From assembly GCA_963662545.2 (NCBI GenBank), contig CAXXLL010000002.1, positions 160,001-224,000 of the forward strand: DNA of 64,000 nucleotides. The letters are read 5' to 3'. This stretch comes from Gammaproteobacteria bacterium (GTDB lineage: Bacteria; Pseudomonadota; Gammaproteobacteria; Ga0077536). The notes beneath the pieces were generated by a model. The model had not been told where the DNA came from. It made no database searches and saw only the letters and a program-made list of their open reading frames with translations. The first letter of the stretch is position 1; each line of letters starts with the position of its first letter. Position numbers and translations under genes: made by a program. Positions 56,034 to 64,000 of the stretch are shown one piece after another.

Positions 56034-56505
56034 TCATCCTCGAATCCCGCGGGTATTGTCGCCCGCCGTCGACCCTGACTTTTGCTCCCAGCCGAACGCC
56101 AATGAACGCCAGAGGTCACGGTAATCGTAATCGGTGTCCAGCGCGAGGTTGAGGCGATTGTAGGCCGCAAAATCGCTGACCAGGTGCACGATCTGAACGA
56201 TACTCTTGTCGGTTAGACCAAGCTCACGCAATGCGTCGGTATCGGTGTCGGTCACGGACTTGGCATCGGCGTTGACCTTGAGCGCGAATTGGAGAATGAC
56301 CTTCAATCGCGGCTCGTCCACGCCGTCAATCCCGTCGCTTAGCACCCGCGCGACCGCTTCCTCGGCTGCGCCGAGACCGTAATTTAGAATCGTGGAAAAG
56401 GCCGCGGTACAGTACGGGCAGCCGTTCGCCTTGGATACGAGGATGCCGACGTGCTGGATCTCGGGCATCGACTCTTTCCGGCTTGATGATTGCGACTCTG
56501 GCCAT
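56034..56505 (-). pseudogene. AhpD/CMD-family peroxidase-related enzyme, frameshifted with apparent internal deletion
   Basis: ATG 56505 (MARVAIIKPE) is out of frame by 1 nt with the VSKANGCPYC domain; the usual intervening segment is missing. Confidence 0.7.
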
Positions 56506-56531
56506 GCTTAAGCTCTTGCGCCTGTAGTGAT

Positions 56532-58414
<1,883 letters not shown>

Positions 58415-58506
58415 TTCGGATTTCCTCCCTCGGGATTCTCTATTTTGAGGCAACCCTACTATATCCGAACAGATGACCGGCCGCATCGAACAGAGACGCG
58501 GAACCG

Positions 58507-59016
58507 TCAACCCGGTTGGTGTCGATCCATCCACCGTCGATCGGCGAGCACCACCGAGGTTTCGATCTGACGCTCGGGGATGTTCCAGTATTCACGGAGC
58601 AAGCGTTCCTTGTCTGCATAGGATACGGGTACGAAACCCTGACCTTCGTAGAAAGCGATGGCCCAGTTCGCGGCTGCCCAGGTCCCGACCAACAACGGCT
58701 TGCTGCAAGTCGACTGAACATGCGCTAGCAGCGCACGGCCGATGCCGGCGTGCTGCCGGCTCGGTGCGACGTAAGCGTGGCGAATCAGGGCGAGATCCCC
58801 GAGAACCTGAATGCCCATTACGCCCGCGATCGCGGTCTCGTCGCCGGCCAGCCAGAATTCGACCCGTTGGGTGATTTCCCTTTCGAGTTCCTGTCTCGGC
58901 ATATACGGTTCGTGCCATCGATCCGGCGGTATGACGCCCCTGTAGGCGACTGCGGCATCGTTGATGATCTTTAATACATCGTCAAAATCCGGTGGGCTAT
59001 AAGGCCTGATTAACAT
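58507..59016 (-). CDS. GNAT acetyltransferase
   Basis: HAYVAPSRQHAGIGRALL, AIAFYEGQGF. Confidence 0.87.
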   Translation of the reverse strand: MLIRPYSPPDFDDVLKIINDAAVAYRGVIPPDRWHEPYMPRQELEREITQRVEFWLAGDETAIAGVMGIQVLGDLALIRHAYVAPSRQHAGIGRALLAHVQSTCSKPLLVGTWAAANWAIAFYEGQGFVPVSYADKERLLREYWNIPERQIETSVVLADRRWMDRHQPG

Positions 59017-59039
59017 TTCCAACCAGCAGTGTGTTACGC

Positions 59040-60245
59040 CTAGGGTGCGGGACCGAGCACGCCGGATTTTTCCAGCTCCGCGACCTCGTCTATCGTCATC
59101 CCCAGATGGTTGGCCAGCACCTCGTAATTGTGTTCGCCGATACGTGCAACCGCGGGACCGACGGCGGCATGGGTGTCGGAAAACAGAAACGGCGAGTTCG
59201 GCACTTTAAGCGGCCCGGCCGCGTCATTCACTTCGGTCAGCATGCCGCGATGAACCAATTGCGGATCGCCGTCCAGCTCGCCGATCTTGCGATAGGTTGC
59301 GCACGGAAGCCGGCGGGCCTCGAAGGCTTCCATCGCTTCAGCCGAGGTCTTCGTGCGCGTCCAGGGTTCGATTTCGTCCTGCAGGAAATCGTAGTTGTAT
59401 ATACGGGCAGTGGTCGTGGCGAAGCGCGGATCTCCGATTAGATCGGGGCGCCCTACACAATTCATGAGTTCGACGAAATGGTGCTGATTGAGCGGTATCA
59501 CCATCACGAAGCCGTCGCGGGTTTCGAGCGGGCCGTAATGCCGGTCGTTCATCTCCCCGTTGAAGGCGGTCTGAAAGTCCTTGTGCATCGTCGCCAGCAG
59601 GGTGTCCTGCATCGCGATGTCGATGTACTGCCCTATCCCTGAGTTTGCGCGGTAATACAGCGCCGCCGTGATGGCGCCGAAGGCCTGCAGCGAGGCACTC
59701 GTGTCACCCACCGGCAGGCCCATGTTCAACGGCCGCGAATGTCCGGGCTGGGCCCGCTGGGTGACTAAATCGTAACCGCTCGTCGCCTGCACGATCGGCG
59801 CGTAGGCAGGACGCGACGCTTCGGGTCCGGTCTGACCGTAACCCGATATAGAACACATGATGACTCTGGGATTGACCGATTTGAGGGTTTCGTAGTCGAG
59901 GCCCAGGCGGCGCATGACGCCCGGGCTGTAGTTTTCGACTACCACGTCGTGGGTTGCGAGCAGGCGCTTGCAAAGTTCTATCGCCTCGGACCGTTTGAGA
60001 TCCATAGACACGCAGAGCTTGCCACTGTTCACTGCACTGAAAAGGGCGCTGACATCGCCGCGCATAGGCCCCGCCGTGCGGAGGATCTCACCATCGGGTG
60101 CTTCGATTTTGACGATTTCAGCACCGAGGTCCGCCATCAGGCGCGTGCAGTAGGAGCCCGCGATCACGGCGGTGAAATCGAGCACGCGCACGCCGTCGAG
60201 TACGCGCGGTCCGTTCTCATTGCGATTGTTTTCCATGCCTATCAT
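59040..60245 (-). CDS. CaiB/BaiF class III CoA transferase
   Basis: LDGVRVLDF, LGAEIVKIE, DVVVENY, SISGYGQTGP, PVGD. Confidence 0.92.
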   Translation of the reverse strand: MIGMENNRNENGPRVLDGVRVLDFTAVIAGSYCTRLMADLGAEIVKIEAPDGEILRTAGPMRGDVSALFSAVNSGKLCVSMDLKRSEAIELCKRLLATHDVVVENYSPGVMRRLGLDYETLKSVNPRVIMCSISGYGQTGPEASRPAYAPIVQATSGYDLVTQRAQPGHSRPLNMGLPVGDTSASLQAFGAITAALYYRANSGIGQYIDIAMQDTLLATMHKDFQTAFNGEMNDRHYGPLETRDGFVMVIPLNQHHFVELMNCVGRPDLIGDPRFATTTARIYNYDFLQDEIEPWTRTKTSAEAMEAFEARRLPCATYRKIGELDGDPQLVHRGMLTEVNDAAGPLKVPNSPFLFSDTHAAVGPAVARIGEHNYEVLANHLGMTIDEVAELEKSGVLGPAP

Positions 60246-60280
60246 TCGGGGTCTGCCGTCCGCTGGAGATTGTGACCTGC

Positions 60281-63127
60281 TCAGGTCGCGATCACTACCC
60301 GTATCGCGTCGAGTTTCAACTGGGCCGCACGCACATAGCGTTCGAGATTCTGCATGCTCGTCTCGAAATGCACGATTTCTTCCTCGCGTACGTTCGGATT
60401 CACCCTGGCCAGGCTCCGCAGGCGGTCAATTTCGGCCTGCACAAGCTCCGTCATCACCGTGCTTGCCTCCTCGACGATGGCCTCCTGCGCGACCTCTGCC
60501 AGGTGCGCAGCATGATCGAGAAGCCCACTGATCTGATCGCGCGTCTTCGCGATCACTTTCTGCGCCGTCGACGGCGGCACATCGCGCACGTGCTCGTTGA
60601 ACCAGGTTGCCGGGAATCGGTCGGTCGCGTCCTCACCCGCGGCATCGATCAACAGTCGCAGCGAAGATTGCGGCAAGAACTGTTCCACCTGTAGCCCGCG
60701 CGGGGCGGGACAAACGATCACGAACAGGGCTTCGACCAAAAGGGAACCGGGATTCAAGCCCGGTGCCTTGACCACACCAAAACCGGCATTGCCAAATTCG
60801 CTGTTCAATACCATGTCGATTGCACCGGTCACCATAGGGTGTTCCCAGGTGAGGAAATGCATGTCGTCTCGCGATTGGGCCTGGGCGCGATCGAAGGTGA
60901 CCGTCAGCCCTCCCTCGGGCAGCCCGGGAAATTCATGGCAGCTCATGTGATCGCCGGGATGGACGACGAGGCTGGTCTCATCATTTTCTTCGTGCTCGAC
61001 GCCGAACTCGCTGAATACGTCGTCGATCCAGGTGCGCAGTTCGTCGACGCGCTCAGCGGTGCCGATAGCGCTGAGGATTGCGTCGGCCCGACTTCGGTCG
61101 AAGGAATTGCGTTCGAGCAAGCGGTCGCGGCCACGCTTCAGTATTTCGGTCAATTCCAACGCCCGCGCCCGCGTGGCCTCGACGAGACGCGCCAATGCGG
61201 TTTCGTCTTCCGGACGTGCCATGCAATGTTCGAGCGGTGCCGAGAATTCAGCGATGAGAGCCGGACCTGCGGGACAGATGTGAACGAAGGCGTCCAGGCC
61301 CTCGTGCAGCCAGTGGAATAGCACCGCCTGCGCTGTGCCACGAAACCACGGTATGTGAATTTCGACCGTGTGGCTCTGGCCGATGCGGTCGAGGCGCCCG
61401 ATCCGTTGCTCGAGGAGATCCGGGTTAGGCGGTAGGTCGAACAGCACCAGATGCCGCGCGAACTGGAAATTACGACCTTCGCTACCGATTTCCGAGCAGA
61501 ACAGCGCCTGCGCGTCGTCTTCGGTGTCGGCGAAGTAGGCCGCGGCGCGATCGCGCGAGACCAGTTCCATCCCTTCGTGGAAGACCGCCGAACGCAGCCC
61601 TTTTCGCGAACGCAGGTGAGCCTCCAAGGTCTGCGCAGTATCGGCGTAAAGGCAGATCACCAGGACTTTCTCCGTGCGGTGAGACGCCAGCCATTGCGCC
61701 AACCATTCGACGCGCGGATCGAAGCTCAACCAATCGTCTCCAACCAAGGCCTCGGGCGTCAGCCGTGCCACCGCGGGCACGCTAGTGTCCGCTTCCAGGT
61801 ACTCCGCGGGCGGCTCGAGTTCGTGGGCATGGAGGCGCCGTTCCGGAAACCCGCTGATGCTGTCCCGGCAGTTGCGGAACAGGACGCGTCCGGTGCCGTG
61901 ATGTTCGAGTAATTCCCCGACGATGCGATCCATGAACTCGCGCGCCGGGCGTCCTGCGTACGCCGAGCGCAAAACGGCGATGCGATCGGCCCCGATGTAG
62001 CCGGCGGTGGCGGCCTCCAGATCGGCTTCGATCACGTCGCGCGAATCGGTAAGCCGTTCGACCAGGGCATTGACTTCCCCGTAGCGCCGTTCCTCTTCAA
62101 GAAACTTCGCCAAATCGTGATAGCGGTTAGGATCGAGCAGGCGCAGGCGCGCAAAATGACCCTCGACGCCGAGTTGTTCGGGCGTGGCCGTCAGCAGCAG
62201 CAGGCCTGGAACCGCAGAGGCAAGTCGCTCGATGCGATCGTAAGCCGGCGTGGTATGTTCCGGCGTCCATTGGAGATGGTGGGCTTCGTCGACGATCAGA
62301 AGGTCCCAATCAGCGGCGCAGGCTTGCTCGTGTCGGTCCGCATGGTCGACCAGAAAGGTAAGGCTGGTCAGAACGAGCTGTGCGGATTCAAACGGATTGG
62401 CCTCGCCCGAGGCTTCGAGTTCTTCGCAGATCTCCTCGTCGAGGATGGAAAACTTCAAGTTGAAGCGACGCAACATCTCGATCAGCCATTGATGGACCAG
62501 GTTCGTCGGCACCACGATGAGTGCCCGATTGACGCGGCCGTTCAACAAGTGCCGGTGCAGGATCAGGCCGGCCTCGATGGTTTTGCCGAGACCCACTTCA
62601 TCGGCCAGCAGAACGCGCGGCGCGTGACGGCGGGATACTTCGTCGGCGATGTAAAGCTGGTGCCCGAGCAGCTGGACGCGCGGCCCCACCAGGCCGAATA
62701 CGGGGGAAACCCGATGGCGGTGCTGATGACCGAGCGTTGCGCTGCGCAGGCGAAAGCGGCTCGCTTTGTCGATTTGCCCGGTAAACAGCCGGTCGAGCGG
62801 GCGGTTGAACTGCACGAAGCTGTCCAGATCGATCTCGTGCAGGCTGAGCGCCCGGCCGCGTGCGTCGATGCCCTGGTAGACGACGCAGCCTTCGATTTCC
62901 TCGACCGCCTCAACGATGATCTCCGCACCGTCCTCGCTGCGGATCCGGTCGGCCGCGCGGTACTGAACGCGCGTCAAGGGGGCATTGTCCAGGGCATAGG
63001 TCCGGCGTTCCTCGCTCGCCGGGAAATTCATGACGACGTGCCGGTTCTGCACCTCGAACACGATGCCGAGGCCGAGCTCGGGCTCGGTATTACTGATCCA
63101 GCGTTGTCCGGGATGGCATTCGGTCAT
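60281..63127 (-). CDS. rapA: RNA polymerase-associated SNF2 ATPase RapA
   Basis: GQRWISNTEPELGLG, LLADEVGLGKTIEAG, DEAHH, SEGRNFQF, QRIGRLDRIGQ. Confidence 0.96.
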   Translation of the reverse strand: MTECHPGQRWISNTEPELGLGIVFEVQNRHVVMNFPASEERRTYALDNAPLTRVQYRAADRIRSEDGAEIIVEAVEEIEGCVVYQGIDARGRALSLHEIDLDSFVQFNRPLDRLFTGQIDKASRFRLRSATLGHQHRHRVSPVFGLVGPRVQLLGHQLYIADEVSRRHAPRVLLADEVGLGKTIEAGLILHRHLLNGRVNRALIVVPTNLVHQWLIEMLRRFNLKFSILDEEICEELEASGEANPFESAQLVLTSLTFLVDHADRHEQACAADWDLLIVDEAHHLQWTPEHTTPAYDRIERLASAVPGLLLLTATPEQLGVEGHFARLRLLDPNRYHDLAKFLEEERRYGEVNALVERLTDSRDVIEADLEAATAGYIGADRIAVLRSAYAGRPAREFMDRIVGELLEHHGTGRVLFRNCRDSISGFPERRLHAHELEPPAEYLEADTSVPAVARLTPEALVGDDWLSFDPRVEWLAQWLASHRTEKVLVICLYADTAQTLEAHLRSRKGLRSAVFHEGMELVSRDRAAAYFADTEDDAQALFCSEIGSEGRNFQFARHLVLFDLPPNPDLLEQRIGRLDRIGQSHTVEIHIPWFRGTAQAVLFHWLHEGLDAFVHICPAGPALIAEFSAPLEHCMARPEDETALARLVEATRARALELTEILKRGRDRLLERNSFDRSRADAILSAIGTAERVDELRTWIDDVFSEFGVEHEENDETSLVVHPGDHMSCHEFPGLPEGGLTVTFDRAQAQSRDDMHFLTWEHPMVTGAIDMVLNSEFGNAGFGVVKAPGLNPGSLLVEALFVIVCPAPRGLQVEQFLPQSSLRLLIDAAGEDATDRFPATWFNEHVRDVPPSTAQKVIAKTRDQISGLLDHAAHLAEVAQEAIVEEASTVMTELVQAEIDRLRSLARVNPNVREEEIVHFETSMQNLERYVRAAQLKLDAIRVVIAT

Positions 63128-63182
63128 GAACTTAAGCCGCGCACATTTTTATCGGGAACAGTGATCGAAGGATCGCACTGAT

Positions 63183-63815
63183 TCATTGATCACCAGCCGA
63201 TTGCGGTGGCTGATCATGCGGCACCTGCCGCGCCTTGAAATCCGCGGTCGTATTCGCATGTGGGAAGGGTTCGTCGGGCACGGGCAGGTCGAGCGCTGTG
63301 CAGATCGGTTCCCATCCCTGTTCCGGCCGCCAGGTGACCAGGTGCGAACCCGGCGCGGTCGCGCGCACCCTCACATTGCTCGCTTCGTAGGCGGCGATGC
63401 AGGCGTTCTTGTCCTCGATAGCGCTGATGAACCGGCTTTTGAACAGCGCGTCCATCATGCGCCGCCAGTCGTTGTGCGCTCTCAAGGTCGCGGGAATGAT
63501 GGTGTTCGACATGCTTCGCCACCAGGATTCAGAATCTCGCTCGGAGAGAACGATCTTGGCATCCGGAAACGCTGCATGAATTTCCGGCCAAAAGGACGAG
63601 GCCGGCCAGTCGACCGCGGCCGCGTAACCGTCGAACAGGGCATGCCAGTCGGGCATACGGCCCTCGGCCGCGGCGTGCCACAGCGGCACATCCTGCGGGC
63701 GCGATAAGACCTCGTGCATGTGATAGCACGGCGCGCCAAGCAGCTTCTCGAGCGCCACTTTGAGTGAGGTCGTGCCGGTACGGCCGATGCCGGCACCGAT
63801 GATACGCAGGGTCAT
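63183..63815 (-). CDS. Sulfotransferase family protein
   Basis: IIGAGIGRTGTTSLK, CYHM, AVDWP, GWEPIC, PFPHAN. Confidence 0.85.
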   Translation of the reverse strand: MTLRIIGAGIGRTGTTSLKVALEKLLGAPCYHMHEVLSRPQDVPLWHAAAEGRMPDWHALFDGYAAAVDWPASSFWPEIHAAFPDAKIVLSERDSESWWRSMSNTIIPATLRAHNDWRRMMDALFKSRFISAIEDKNACIAAYEASNVRVRATAPGSHLVTWRPEQGWEPICTALDLPVPDEPFPHANTTADFKARQVPHDQPPQSAGDQ

Positions 63816-63914
63816 GTGAGATTCCTCCGGCTTGTCTGCTTCAGTTTTTGAGATCGACGGATTCGAGCGGGCGTTACGGTAGCGCCACCGGCGCCGATTT
63901 GCGATAGTTTTATC

Positions 63915-64000
63915 GTGCCTAGTGACCAAACCCCGACTCCGGAACTCGAACAGACCGCACTTTTTGCGCTGCACGCCGAATTGGGCGCCAAGCTCGTTGA
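63915..64000 (+). CDS. gcvT: Probable glycine cleavage T protein, N-terminus only (runs off the window; absent from ORF track)
   Basis: GTG 63915 reads VPSDQTPTPELEQTALFALHAELGAKLV, matching the GcvT N-terminal T(P/A)LxxxHxxLGAK(M/L)V pattern. Confidence 0.65.
   Translation, partial: MPSDQTPTPELEQTALFALHAELGAKLV

Noticed and set aside
62117-63181. Long antisense ORFs (354 aa here; also 56694-57668, 15075-15965, 7362-8189)
   Set aside because: Shadows of rapA, metY, purB and ispD, expected from high-GC codon bias; no motifs.
63816-63914. Glycine riboswitch upstream of gcvT
   Set aside because: Only ~100 bp, shared with a divergent gene, and lacking the aptamer consensus; only a small CGATA/TATCG hairpin.

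Overview
GC-rich gammaproteobacterial chromosome segment. About 1-48 kb is core housekeeping: a PLP-dependent decarboxylase (5'-partial), fhs, pyrG-kdsA-eno-ftsB-ispD-ispF, smr, purL, purB, rnt, mtaD/mtnA, gyrA-pheA-tyrA-aroA-cmk-rpsA-ihfB-lapA-lapB-pyrF-mfd, MTI phosphorylase-hpt, class I adenylate cyclase and glyA-nrdR-ribD-ribE-ribBX-ribH-nusB-thiL. About 48.4-64 kb is an accessory block rich in sulfur- and CoA-related genes: DsrE-like, TetR with a palindromic operator, SoxYZ-like fusion, two aldolases, DinB, ThDP enzyme, ATC-hydrolase family, a broken AhpD-like gene, OAH sulfhydrylase, CoA-binding, GNAT, CoA transferase, rapA, sulfotransferase and the start of gcvT. The most notable feature the ORF track does not show is a 162-bp non-autonomous MITE family. 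It has 22-bp terminal inverted repeats, YTAR targets and rod-like internal symmetry, and occurs as three full copies plus solo ends. Two copies bracket purL in inverted orientation, and two sit immediately upstream of nucleotide-biosynthesis start codons (purL, pyrF). A second 43-bp mini-element and a candidate sRNA lie behind cyaA. No rRNA, tRNA, CRISPR array or transposase was seen. All product calls come from motif recognition by eye, not database searches.
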